From positions 1 through 38,055 of the IMG/VR virus record IMGVR_UViG_3300046707_000142: a stretch of 38,055 bases of DNA; one strand, given 5' to 3'. The position numbers and the translations under genes are program-made. Position 1 is the stretch's first letter; every line of letters begins with the position of its first letter. Under the pieces are notes generated by a model, which worked only from the letters and a program-made list of their open reading frames with translations, made no database searches and had not been told where the DNA came from. The DNA is from a virus (Duplodnaviria > Caudoviricetes). This document shows, piece by piece, positions 8,610 through 17,936 of this stretch.

Positions 8610-9380
8610 ATGCCTCACATCTGCCCAGGTTGCCGGCAATCTGTTGTCGGCGAGTGCAAGCCGTGCGCGGCTGCCCGTCGCGTTGAACCGAGACGTCGGC
8701 AGCATGTCGGGTACGGCCGAAACGAGCGTCGACGGCGCGCTGATCACGTCCGCGTGCACGTCGAGCAGTACGGATGGGTGTGCCCCGGTTGGCAGCGCGA
8801 CGCGCACCCAGCGATCGACCTCACCGCCGACCACATCAACCCGAGTGCGGCGGGCGGACGGATGGGTGGGCCGCTGCGCGTGCTGTGCCGGTCGTGCAAC
8901 TCGGCGCGTCAGGCAGAGCTCGACACTCCCGTCGTTCCCGGCCTCACACTGACCCTGGTGGCGGGCCCTCCGGCGGCCGGCAAGAACGCATACGTCCGGG
9001 GACACGCCGGTGAGCGGGACCTGGTCCTCGACTACGACGCTCTCGCGGCCGCGCTGCAGGTCGGCGGGACCGGCCTGTACGAGCATGTCGAGGCGCACAA
9101 GCCGATGGTGTGCGAGGCGCGTGACGCGGTCCTGGACCGGCTGGTGCTCGGGAACCACGACGTGCGGTGCGTGTGGGTGATCAGCACGGCGCCGAAACGG
9201 GCCGTACGGGAGTCCTACCGCCGCCGGTATGGCGCGCACGTTGTCGTGGTCCTGGCCGCCGAGGAGGTGTGCCTGCGCCGTGCGATGGGGGAGCGACCGA
9301 TGGAGTGGCGCCGGTACGTCCGGGAGTGGTTCGACGACTACGAGCCGGACCCCGCCGACCAGGTCGTTAAGGGGGCGTGA
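8610..9380 (+). CDS. HNH endonuclease fused to P-loop ATPase/kinase-like domain
   Basis: TADHINP...LCRSCNSAR, then LVAGPPAAGKN and VLDYD; start could be GTG 8598. Confidence 0.85.
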   Translation: MPHICPGCRQSVVGECKPCAAARRVEPRRRQHVGYGRNERRRRADHVRVHVEQYGWVCPGWQRDAHPAIDLTADHINPSAAGGRMGGPLRVLCRSCNSARQAELDTPVVPGLTLTLVAGPPAAGKNAYVRGHAGERDLVLDYDALAAALQVGGTGLYEHVEAHKPMVCEARDAVLDRLVLGNHDVRCVWVISTAPKRAVRESYRRRYGAHVVVVLAAEEVCLRRAMGERPMEWRRYVREWFDDYEPDPADQVVKGA

Positions 9381-9958
9381 TGGGTGGTCGCGGCCCGGAC
9401 CGGAAGGACCCGGACAGGCGACAACGGCGTAATGCGCCTGCGTCGCTGGTGCCCGTCGACGACGAGCCTGACGTGGACCTGGTCGAGGTCGTTCCCGAGC
9501 CGCCCACGTCGCCGGCCGGCCTGCTGAAGACAACCCGAGATCGGTGGGCCGCGTACTGGTTCTCGCCGGTCGCGAAGCTCGCCGATCCCGTGTCGGACTT
9601 GCCCGCGTTGGAGCGGCTGTACCGGTTGTACGACGACTTGGAGCGGTCGCACCGCGCGGTGAAGGCGACCGGTCACATGATCGAGGGCTCGAAGGAGCAG
9701 CTGGTGATGAACCCGTTGCTCCGCCATATGCAGACCGAGATGGCGGAGATCCGCCAGCTCGAAGACCGGTTCGGCCTGTCGCCCCGGGCGAGACTGTCGC
9801 TCAACTTCACCTTGGGCCAGACCGCGAAGACCCTCGCCGACCTGAACAGCGAATTCGTCGGGGGCGGTGAGGGCGACGACGACGACCCGCGTCTCGACGA
9901 CGCGCTCTCGGGCGAAGTCGTCGCCGACGACAGCGAAGCCACTGAGCGTTCCGCGTAG
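9380..9958 (+). CDS. Terminase small subunit (P27-like)
   Basis: MGGRGP start, NPLL...LEDRFGLSPRARLSL signature; precedes terL. Confidence 0.9.
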   Translation: MGGRGPDRKDPDRRQRRNAPASLVPVDDEPDVDLVEVVPEPPTSPAGLLKTTRDRWAAYWFSPVAKLADPVSDLPALERLYRLYDDLERSHRAVKATGHMIEGSKEQLVMNPLLRHMQTEMAEIRQLEDRFGLSPRARLSLNFTLGQTAKTLADLNSEFVGGGEGDDDDPRLDDALSGEVVADDSEATERSA

Positions 9959-11411
9959 TCTCGGCTGGCCCTCCCATGGCCGGATCGTCTGCGCCTGGAT
10001 CGAGAAGCACTGCGTTTACGGTGAGGGTGACTTCTTCGGCCAGCCCGTACGGCTGCAGCGGTGGCAACGCCAGTTCATCTACTGGCTGTACGAGTACAAC
10101 CCGAAGACGGGGCAGCGCCGGTTCCGCCGGGCGCTCCTGGAGATCTCCAAGGGCAACGGCAAGACGCCGATGTCCGGGTGGATCATGCTGTTCGAGCTCC
10201 TCGGCCCGCCGCTGTTCGGCCCCAAGGGCAGCCCGGTCATCCCCGTTGCGGCCGCGAGCTTCGAGCAGGCCGACCTGCTGTTCGGTGATATGCGCGACGC
10301 CTGCCGCGAGTCGCCGACGCTCAAGCAGTTCACCGAGGCGTTCGACACCGAGATCCTCGTCAAGGGCGGTGTGCCGGGCCGCGCGTACCGGGTCGCCGCG
10401 GTGGCCGGGACCAACGACGGCCAGCGGCCCAGTCTGTTCGCCGCTGATGAGATCCACGAGTGGACGGGCAACAAGGAACGGGTTCACCTGGTCATCGCGA
10501 ACGGCCTTTCCAAGCGCCGTAACTCGCTCGTCCTGAACACGACCACGGCCGGCTCTGACCTAGAGACCCTGGCTGGCCGGATGCACCTCGATGGCTACCG
10601 CGTCAACGCCGGTGAGATCGACGACTCCGAGTTCCTGTTCGTCCACTACGGCGCTGCCGACATCTACGACCTGGACGACGAGGAGCAGCTGCTCGCCGCG
10701 GTCCTCGCCGCGAACCCAGCGGCCGGCACCTTCCTCCACACCGCAGATGTCCTGGCGCGGTGCCGGCAGATCCCGCGGTTCGAGTTCGAGCGCTACCACC
10801 TGGGCCGGTGGACGCGCGCTGACGAGTGCTGGCTCCCGCCGGGTGCGTGGGAGGGCTGCGCAGGCGTCGTCGAGGTGGACCCGTCGCTGCCGGCGTACGC
10901 CGCGGTGGACATGGCCCTCAAACACGACCACGTCGCCGTCGTCATCGCCCAGCCGCAGCGGAAGGGCCGCGTAGCCGTACGGGCGAAGACCTGGGACCCG
11001 GCCGACTCGGGCGGCATCGTCGACACGCACGCCGTCGAGAATTACCTGCGCGAGCAGCACCGGCTGCTGAACCTGCAGACGATCGCGTATGACCCGGCGT
11101 ACTTCCAGCGGTCTGCGGAGGTCCTCCTCGACGAGGGCCTGCCGATGGCGGAGTTCAGCCAGGGCGCCGCGTCGATGGTCCCGGCCTGCCAGGACGCCTA
11201 CCGGCTCATCACGGGCGGCATGGTCGTCCACGGCGACGACCCAGTACTCACCGACCATGTCCTGGCGGCCGCCGTACGGGAGACCGACTCGGGATGGCGG
11301 CTGTCGAAGGGGCGCAGCAAGCGGAAGATCGACGCCTGCATTGCGATGGTCATGGCCCTGTTCCTGTCCGGCGTCCCGGTCGAAGAGCCCGCGGTCCCCA
11401 ACCTGTGGTGA
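9867..11411 (+). CDS. Terminase large subunit
   Basis: ISKGNGKT, ADEIHEW, TTAG, AAVDMA, KIDACIA; start uncertain (overlaps terS). Confidence 0.95.
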   Translation: MRATTTTRVSTTRSRAKSSPTTAKPLSVPRSLGWPSHGRIVCAWIEKHCVYGEGDFFGQPVRLQRWQRQFIYWLYEYNPKTGQRRFRRALLEISKGNGKTPMSGWIMLFELLGPPLFGPKGSPVIPVAAASFEQADLLFGDMRDACRESPTLKQFTEAFDTEILVKGGVPGRAYRVAAVAGTNDGQRPSLFAADEIHEWTGNKERVHLVIANGLSKRRNSLVLNTTTAGSDLETLAGRMHLDGYRVNAGEIDDSEFLFVHYGAADIYDLDDEEQLLAAVLAANPAAGTFLHTADVLARCRQIPRFEFERYHLGRWTRADECWLPPGAWEGCAGVVEVDPSLPAYAAVDMALKHDHVAVVIAQPQRKGRVAVRAKTWDPADSGGIVDTHAVENYLREQHRLLNLQTIAYDPAYFQRSAEVLLDEGLPMAEFSQGAASMVPACQDAYRLITGGMVVHGDDPVLTDHVLAAAVRETDSGWRLSKGRSKRKIDACIAMVMALFLSGVPVEEPAVPNLW

Positions 11412-11421
11412 GGAGGTCGTG

Positions 11422-11562
11422 ATGAGCGCCATCGATGGTGAGGCCGTATGCGCATGGATCGAGGAGCACGTCGCCGACGTGCAGCTGCCTCTTTGGCAGC
11501 GCGGATTCGTAGGGCGCTGGTTCGACCTGCGAGGGACCACGCCCGGGGGTGGAGGCAGATGA
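11422..11562 (+). CDS. 46-aa protein resembling TerL N-terminus
   Basis: GAGGAGG RBS; VCAWIEEH...LPLWQRGF matches TerL VCAWIEKH...LQRWQRQF; ATGA-coupled to next gene. Confidence 0.7.
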   Translation: MSAIDGEAVCAWIEEHVADVQLPLWQRGFVGRWFDLRGTTPGGGGR

Positions 11563-11801
11563 GCAGGCAGCGGGCAGAGGAGGCCGCCCGGGCGGTTGGT
11601 GCCGCTGTATGGCGGGTGAGGTTCGAGCTCCTCGAGATTGCGTTCCTGGCAGCGTTCGTGGTCGGCGTGTTCCTGGTCTACGTCCCTGCCGGTTGGATGG
11701 TCGGCGGTGTGCTCGGCGTGCTGTGGTGCGAGCGCGTGGCTCCGCGGGCGAAGGCAGCGGCGCCGCGGCCGCGGGTCGTCAGCGAGCGGCGGACCGCGTG
11801 A
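11559..11801 (+). CDS. Small two-TM membrane protein upstream of portal
   Basis: Hydrophobic IAFLAAFVVGVFLVYVPAGWMVGGVLGVLW; coupled both sides. Confidence 0.75.
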   Translation: MSRQRAEEAARAVGAAVWRVRFELLEIAFLAAFVVGVFLVYVPAGWMVGGVLGVLWCERVAPRAKAAAPRPRVVSERRTA

Positions 11802-13045
11802 GCCTGTTCGGGCTGTTCGAACAGCGAGACTCCGTCGAGAACCCCGATACGCCGCTGGATGCGGGCACGTTGACGACGTTGCTCGGCGGCTCGTCGACGG
11901 ACGCGGGTGTGAGCGTGTCGGAGCGGTCGGCGCTGAGCATGGGTGCCGTATGGCGAGCGGTGGCGCTGATCTCCGGCGTGTCGGCTGCGTTGCCGCTGGT
12001 CGCGTACCGCACTGGGACGAAGCAGCCGCAGCCGGCGCTGATCCTGCGAGACCCCCACCCGGAGATGACGTCGTACGACGTGTGGCGGCTGGCGTTCGCA
12101 CATCGGTTGCTGTGGGGCAACGGTTACATCCAGAAGATCCGGAATGCCGCCGGGCAGATCAAGGAGTTGTGGCCGGTCAGCCCGGACAAGGTGCAGGTGT
12201 ACGCATATCAGCCGTCCGAGGCGAACCCCAGCGGGAAGATCTTCTGGGTCCAGACCGGTACCCGAGACGAGCCGGGCCCGGTCGTGCCGAAGACCAGCTA
12301 CGACATCCTTCACCTTCCCGGCCTCGGCTACGACGGTGTCGTCGGGCTGTCTCCGGTGCAGATGGCCCGGCAGACCATCGCGTTGGCATTGGCCGCGGAG
12401 AGGTACGGGGGACGGTTCTTCGGGAACGGCAACTTGATGGGCGGCATCTTGCAGACCGACGCCCGTCTCGACCCGCCGCAAGCCGAAGCGCTGAAGGAAC
12501 GTTGGAAAGCCAAGATGTCAGGCCTCGATAACTCGCACGAGGTGGCGGTCCTGGACTCCGGCGCGAAATTCCAGACCCTGACCATGCCCCACGACGACGC
12601 GCAGTTTCTGGAGTCCCGGAACTTCGAGGTCGAAGAGGTAGCCCGCTGGTTCGGTGTGCCCCCGTTCCTGCTGATGCTGACCGAGCGGTCGACCAGCTGG
12701 GGCACCGGCCTGGAGCAGCAGGCCCTCGGATGGGTGACCTTCGACCTGCACCCGCAGTGGCTCGCGCCGACCGAGCAGCGAATCACCAAGGAGCTCCTGC
12801 CCCTGTCCCAGGAAGCTCGGTACCGCGTGAACGAGCTCCTGCGCGGCGACTCCGCGGCCCGCGCCGCGTTCTACACCGCCATGAGGGGACTCGGCGCCTA
12901 CAACGGTGACGAGATCCGCGACGCCGAAGACCTGCCGCCAGTGCCCGACGGCAAAGGCGAGGACTACTGGCAGCCCACGAACATGATGCCGATCGGCCAG
13001 CAGCCTCCGGGTACGCCACCGCCGGCCGGACCAGGAGGAGAGTGA
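11798..13045 (+). CDS. Portal protein, HK97 family
   Basis: AVWRAVALIS, LLWGNGY, GLSPV, DAQFLESR, VARWFGVPP, LLRGD; GTGA start overlap. Confidence 0.95.
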   Translation: MSLFGLFEQRDSVENPDTPLDAGTLTTLLGGSSTDAGVSVSERSALSMGAVWRAVALISGVSAALPLVAYRTGTKQPQPALILRDPHPEMTSYDVWRLAFAHRLLWGNGYIQKIRNAAGQIKELWPVSPDKVQVYAYQPSEANPSGKIFWVQTGTRDEPGPVVPKTSYDILHLPGLGYDGVVGLSPVQMARQTIALALAAERYGGRFFGNGNLMGGILQTDARLDPPQAEALKERWKAKMSGLDNSHEVAVLDSGAKFQTLTMPHDDAQFLESRNFEVEEVARWFGVPPFLLMLTERSTSWGTGLEQQALGWVTFDLHPQWLAPTEQRITKELLPLSQEARYRVNELLRGDSAARAAFYTAMRGLGAYNGDEIRDAEDLPPVPDGKGEDYWQPTNMMPIGQQPPGTPPPAGPGGE

Positions 13046-13046
13046 C

Positions 13047-13958
13047 ATGCAGCTCGACCGCGAGCGGCGCGGGACGGACGCGTCGCACTCCGAGATCGAA
13101 GACCCCACGCCGCCCCGACGCGGCCGGAGAAGCCGGGCAGGGATCATCGAGCAGAGAAACCTGCCCCTCGCCGGCGCCGACGTCCGTATCGTGCGCGCTA
13201 CCGACGACGCCGCTGCCACTGAGGACGGCCCCGCCGAGGACGACGACCAGGTCGTCGCCGAGCGCTTCCGCGGCTACGCGGCCAAGTTCGGACCCGAAGC
13301 CCGGTACGCCATCGGCAACCCCCTCACCTGGGGGTTTTATGAGGAAGTCGCCGCTGGGACCTTCACCAAGACGTTGTCGGAGGGCGACCAGCGGATGCTG
13401 ATCGACCACGCCTCCTACTACGTCGTCTCGCGGGTGTCCGCCGACAGCCTCAACCTCGCACAGGACAAGATCGGCCTGGCCGTCGACTCCGGCCTCGACC
13501 CCGCCCTGTCGTACGTCTCGGACCTGAAGGCGAACATCCGGAACGGCAACATCACCGGCATGTCGATCGGCTTCTACTGCCTCAAGGCGGACTGGGAGAC
13601 GATCGAGATCAAGACCGTCGACGGCGACACGGTCGACGCCGACCTGCGGATCATCCGAGAGGCCCGCCTCATCGAGGTATCGGCTGTGTCCTTCCCCGCC
13701 TCCCCGACCACCGAGGCGGAACTCAGCTCCGTGGCGCACGCGCTCATGCAGCGCGGTGACGTCGCGGCGATCGAAAAGCGGGCCGCGTACCGGCCCGAAC
13801 TGCGTGACCTGCTGGATGCGATCGACTGCGAGCCGCGTGAGGGCACTCGCGGAGACGAAGACGTCGAGCCGCGTGAGGGCACTCGACGGGACGTCGCCCA
13901 GATCGGCCTGGCAATGCGGGGCATGGCGGCCCGTTACGCGCTGCCTCTGTCCCGGTAA
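13047..13958 (+). CDS. HK97-family prohead protease
   Basis: FRGYAAKF, LIDH, GMSIGF, EVSAVSFPA; AGGAGG RBS. Confidence 0.93.
   Translation: MQLDRERRGTDASHSEIEDPTPPRRGRRSRAGIIEQRNLPLAGADVRIVRATDDAAATEDGPAEDDDQVVAERFRGYAAKFGPEARYAIGNPLTWGFYEEVAAGTFTKTLSEGDQRMLIDHASYYVVSRVSADSLNLAQDKIGLAVDSGLDPALSYVSDLKANIRNGNITGMSIGFYCLKADWETIEIKTVDGDTVDADLRIIREARLIEVSAVSFPASPTTEAELSSVAHALMQRGDVAAIEKRAAYRPELRDLLDAIDCEPREGTRGDEDVEPREGTRRDVAQIGLAMRGMAARYALPLSR
13829..13885 (+). repeat. 21-bp direct repeat in protease 3' end (EPREGTR x2)
   Basis: CGAGCCGCGTGAGGGCACTCG at 13829-13849 and 13865-13885. Confidence 0.9.
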
Positions 13959-14017
13959 CCACCACCCGATCACGACCCCGCCATGCGCGGGGCCGTCGGC
14001 ATGCCCAAGGAGGGCAC

Positions 14018-15265
14018 GTGAGCGACAGGCTCAAGACGCTCATCGATGAGCAGAACACGGTATGGACTCGGATGCAGGAGCTCGTGGGCGCGGCCGAGGC
14101 CGAGAGCCGTGACCTGACGGCCGAGGAGCGCGGCAACTGGGACGCCGCGGAGACGCGGCTGACTGAGGTGTCCGGCGACATTGAGCGGCTGAACCGTATG
14201 GCGGCCCTCGACAAGGTCGACCGCGGCCAGATCATCCCCCCGGCACGCGTCGAGGGGGACCCGGACGAGCGCGGCGACCGCGATGGCGACGCCGAGGCGC
14301 GGTACGCCGAGGCGTTCGGGCTGTACCTGCGGCGCGGCATGAGCCGCCTGTCGGCTGAGCAGCAGGAACTGCTCGCCACGCGGTACGAGGCTCGCGCCGG
14401 GTCGACGCAGGACGACACCCTGGGCGGTTACCTCGTTCCCGACGAGTTCCGGAACGTCCTCACCGAAACGATGAAGGCGTTCGGCGGCATCCTGGCGCTG
14501 GCCACCGTCATCACCACGGCGACCGGCAACAGCCTGGAATGGCCGACGAACGACGACACCGGCAACGAGGGCGAGTTCCTCGGCGAGAACCAGCAAGTCA
14601 ACGAGCAGAACGTGACGTTCGGCGTGCGGAAGCTGTCGGCCTTCACTGTCAACTCGAAGATGGTCCGGCTGCCGCTGCAGCTGCTCCAGGACAGCGCGTT
14701 CGACCTGAACACCTGGCTGCCCCGCAAGGAGGGCGAGCGCATCGGCCGTAGGGCTGCCCGGGCGTTCGCGTCTGGCACCGGCGTGGAGCAGCCGGAGGGC
14801 ATCACTACCAACGCGATCGTCGGGAAGCAGGGCGGGTCGGGACAGACCACGTCGATCATCTACGACGATCTGGTCGACCTGGAGCACTCCATCGACCCGG
14901 CGTACCGGAACACCGCCCGGTACGTCATGGCAGACGGGATGCTCAAGGCGATCCGGAAGCTCAAGGACTCTCAGGGTCGGCCGCTGTGGGTGCCGATCCC
15001 GGCGCCGGGTTTCCCGGCCACCATCAACGGGTTCGAGTACTCGATCGACAACAGCTTCCCCGTCCCGGCCGCATCGGCGAAGACGATCATCTTCGGTGAC
15101 ATCCGCGCAGGCTACATCGTCCGCCAGGTCCTCGGCGTGCAGAACCTGCGCCTCACCGAGCGGTACGCCGACTTCTTGCAGGTCGGTTTCCTGGCGTTTG
15201 CGCGTCTCGACGGCAAGCCCGACGACACCTCCGCGCTCCGCGCGTACCAGCACGCCGCCAGCTGA
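14018..15265 (+). CDS. Major capsid protein, HK97 fold with N-terminal delta domain
   Basis: Coiled-coil N-terminus, GGYLVP, LLQDSAFD, KLKDSQGRPLW, IFGD, QVGFLAFARLDG. Confidence 0.96.
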   Translation: MSDRLKTLIDEQNTVWTRMQELVGAAEAESRDLTAEERGNWDAAETRLTEVSGDIERLNRMAALDKVDRGQIIPPARVEGDPDERGDRDGDAEARYAEAFGLYLRRGMSRLSAEQQELLATRYEARAGSTQDDTLGGYLVPDEFRNVLTETMKAFGGILALATVITTATGNSLEWPTNDDTGNEGEFLGENQQVNEQNVTFGVRKLSAFTVNSKMVRLPLQLLQDSAFDLNTWLPRKEGERIGRRAARAFASGTGVEQPEGITTNAIVGKQGGSGQTTSIIYDDLVDLEHSIDPAYRNTARYVMADGMLKAIRKLKDSQGRPLWVPIPAPGFPATINGFEYSIDNSFPVPAASAKTIIFGDIRAGYIVRQVLGVQNLRLTERYADFLQVGFLAFARLDGKPDDTSALRAYQHAAS

Positions 15266-15271
15266 CCGCAC

Positions 15272-15302
15272 ACCGGCGGGCCGTACACCGCGGCCCGCCG
15301 GT
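15272..15302 (+). terminator. Stem-loop after capsid gene (terminator or mRNA stabiliser)
   Basis: ACCGGCGGGCCG-N7-CGGCCCGCCGGT, 12-bp stem, no U-tract. Confidence 0.6.
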
Positions 15303-15337
15303 CACCCTGACCGCTTCCACCACCAGGAAGGCCCACC

Positions 15338-15739
15338 GTGAAGGATCTTTTCAACAACGTGCAGGTCCGGCCGTCGCTGACTAACGCGCTGCGCTCCGCG
15401 ACCGCGACCGGATCGGCCGTCGACCGCGCCTACAACGGTTCGATGTTCAACTCCGCGATGGTCGTCGTGCACACCGGCACCATCACCGATGGGACCCACA
15501 CGATCACCGTCGAAGAGTCGGATGACAACTCGACCTGGGCGACGGCGACCGCCCTGCAGGGCACCGCGCCGGCGGTCGCCGCGGCCGACGACGACAAGGT
15601 CTTCGAGATCGGATACCTCGGCGGTAAGCGCTACCTCCGCGCCAAGTCCACCGTGTCGGGCTCTCCGTCGACCGGCGGTGTCTACGACGCGTTGGTGCTG
15701 CTCGGCGACCCGCGGACCGCCCCGGTGGTGCGTCCCTGA
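15338..15739 (+). CDS. Probable capsid decoration/minor head protein
   Basis: Beta-rich 133 aa right after capsid; GYLGGKRYLR. Confidence 0.7.
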   Translation: MKDLFNNVQVRPSLTNALRSATATGSAVDRAYNGSMFNSAMVVVHTGTITDGTHTITVEESDDNSTWATATALQGTAPAVAAADDDKVFEIGYLGGKRYLRAKSTVSGSPSTGGVYDALVLLGDPRTAPVVRP

Positions 15740-16032
15740 TGCCCCGCGTCCGCTTCCTCCAGGCCGTCGCCGGCGACGACATCAGCTTCGTCGCCGGTGA
15801 CGTCGTGGACATGCCCGGAGAGAAGGCCGAGGCGTGGGCGGACGGCGTGCGTGCCGAGCTCGTCCGCAGCGAGGCATCAGAGACGCCGGAGCGCGCCGCG
15901 CCCAAGCCCGAAACCACCACCACTCCGACGTCAGCGAAGAACGCGGCCGCGGCCGCGGAGAAGCCGCCGCCGCGCCGCCGCTCCCGATCGGCGCCAGCGG
16001 GCACGCGAGGCCAGGGAGGGAAGAAGGGCTGA
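15739..16032 (+). CDS. Hypothetical head-region protein
   Basis: TGATG-coupled both sides; short folded N-terminus, low-complexity basic tail. Confidence 0.7.
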   Translation: MPRVRFLQAVAGDDISFVAGDVVDMPGEKAEAWADGVRAELVRSEASETPERAAPKPETTTTPTSAKNAAAAAEKPPPRRRSRSAPAGTRGQGGKKG

Positions 16033-16478
16033 TGGCCGACTTCGTATTCAACATCGCAAAGGGGCAGGTCAAGACCCTCGCTGGCCTGCCCGCGGCCGCC
16101 GACGCCCTGATCGTCGTCCCGATCGAGGCATCCGGCCTGGAGACCGACGCGACGCTGAAGGACTACGACGACCTCGCGACTCTGCTCGCCGGCTCCTCCA
16201 ACGAGCAGACCACCTGGGGCCGCAAGACGATCAGCTCGGGCGTCACCATCACGGTCGACGACACGAACGACCGTGTCGACATCGATATCCCCGACCAGAC
16301 GTGGACCGCCGCCACCGGCAACGCCGTCGGCGCGCTCCTCATCTGCTACGACAACGACACCGGTGCCGGCACCGACAGCAACATCGTGCCGCTCACGAAG
16401 CACGATTTCGCGGTGACCCCGGACGGTACCGACGTCACCGCGGTGATCGCCGCGGCGGGTTTCTTCCGCGCGGCCTGA
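16032..16478 (+). CDS. Probable virion structural protein
   Basis: Starts MADFVFNIAKG; Thr/Asp-rich beta composition; TPDGTDVT motif. Confidence 0.75.
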   Translation: MADFVFNIAKGQVKTLAGLPAAADALIVVPIEASGLETDATLKDYDDLATLLAGSSNEQTTWGRKTISSGVTITVDDTNDRVDIDIPDQTWTAATGNAVGALLICYDNDTGAGTDSNIVPLTKHDFAVTPDGTDVTAVIAAAGFFRAA

Positions 16479-16493
16479 TCCCGAGGGGTCGTA

Positions 16494-17936
16494 GTGGCGC
16501 CGGTCAACTCCAACACCTTCGAATCCGGGCAGTCCTCCGGCGCGGCGATCACCACCGGCAACTCCGGTGGTGGCGCCGGCCGGGCCTGGACCAGCCTCGC
16601 CGGCACCTGCACCTACGACACCGCCCACACCTACGGTGGATCGCTCGCAGCGAAGATCGACATGGCTGCCGGTACCACGTCCCAGCTGCGCTGGCTGGAC
16701 GGCGCAGACCAGGCCGGGAACGTCTCCTACCTGCGGTTCTACCTGTTCCTCGCCGCGCTCCCGTCACAAAACCTGTCAGTGGCGTACTTCACCGATCACT
16801 CCAACACGTTCCTGATGCGGGTCCGGATCCGCGCCAACGGGACCGTCGACCTCATCGACGGAGCGACCCAGGTGATGGCCACGACCACCGCGGCGGCCGC
16901 AACGGGTCAGTGGATCCGTATCGAGGCGAAGGTCACCAGCAACGCGGCCACCGGCAGCGGCGAGCTCCGCCTGTACAACAACGCCGACTCGGCCGTCGCG
17001 ACCGAGACGCTCACGAGCACCGCCGCGTGGAACACCGGCAGCACGAAGCCGGGCGGCTGGCGGTTCGGTGGCCTCACGAGCACGGCCGCTTCGGATGTGT
17101 TCTGGCTCGACAGCGTCGCCTCGGACCCGTCCAACTGGATCGGCCCGGCGAACGTCCGGACGCTCGGACAGCCCGCAGAGGCCGACACGGCGACCCCAGT
17201 CGCGAAGAGTAAAGCCGGGACGGCAGGCCAGCCGACCGAGACCGACACGTCTCGTCCTATGAGCCGGGTGAAGACCCGCCAGCTCACTCAACCGGCCGAG
17301 ACCGACACCGCGACACCCTTCGGCCACATCCGAGGTCGCACCGTCGGCCAAGCCAATGAAACCGACCTGGCCCGGCCCATCGCTGCGGCGAAGTCCCGGG
17401 CGCTGACCCAACCCACCGAGACCGACACCGCGGCTACCGTGTCCCACCAGCGGACCCGCACGATCGGCCAGGCCACCGAGACCGCTACCTCCACACCGAT
17501 CGGGCACACGCGGGCCCGGGCCATCGGGCAAGCCACCGAGGCAGACAGCGCGGCCGCGATCATCAGGGCGATACGCGTCGTCCTCGGCGAGGCCGACGAG
17601 ACCGACATAGCGACGGCCATCGGGCATACCCGCGTCCGCGCCGTTAACCAGACCACCGAAGCCGGGACGGCCAACGCGATCGCGGTGCGCAAGGCCCGGG
17701 TGCTCGGCCAGCCGGCCGAGCTGCCGGTAGCGCTGGCGATCATCGCGGCCAAGAGCCGCACGCTGCATGCGGTCACAGAGACCGCCCTTGCGCTGCCGAT
17801 CACCGCGCCGACAACGGTCGTGACACGGGGCCGGATCCGCCCCCGAGCACTGATAGGAGTGCACATGTCCGATCGGCCCGCCCTTGCTCCTGGCCTTCGC
17901 GCGGCGACGATCAGCACGATCCGGAGTGGCTCGTGA
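16494..17936 (+). CDS. Fibre/appendage-like protein: lectin-like N-domain plus eleven 20-aa repeats
   Basis: NTFES...GQWIRIE...WLDSVA domain; repeats of type xLGQxxETDTAxxIxxxxxR. Confidence 0.75.
   Translation: MAPVNSNTFESGQSSGAAITTGNSGGGAGRAWTSLAGTCTYDTAHTYGGSLAAKIDMAAGTTSQLRWLDGADQAGNVSYLRFYLFLAALPSQNLSVAYFTDHSNTFLMRVRIRANGTVDLIDGATQVMATTTAAAATGQWIRIEAKVTSNAATGSGELRLYNNADSAVATETLTSTAAWNTGSTKPGGWRFGGLTSTAASDVFWLDSVASDPSNWIGPANVRTLGQPAEADTATPVAKSKAGTAGQPTETDTSRPMSRVKTRQLTQPAETDTATPFGHIRGRTVGQANETDLARPIAAAKSRALTQPTETDTAATVSHQRTRTIGQATETATSTPIGHTRARAIGQATEADSAAAIIRAIRVVLGEADETDIATAIGHTRVRAVNQTTEAGTANAIAVRKARVLGQPAELPVALAIIAAKSRTLHAVTETALALPITAPTTVVTRGRIRPRALIGVHMSDRPALAPGLRAATISTIRSGS

Noticed and set aside
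13829-13885. 21-bp direct repeat as att core or target duplication
   Set aside because: In-frame tandem duplication within the protease tail, only 15 bp between copies
17160-17810. CRISPR-like or DGR-like periodic repeats
   Set aside because: 60-bp periodicity is degenerate and explained by protein repeats; no constant repeat-spacer array or reverse transcriptase seen
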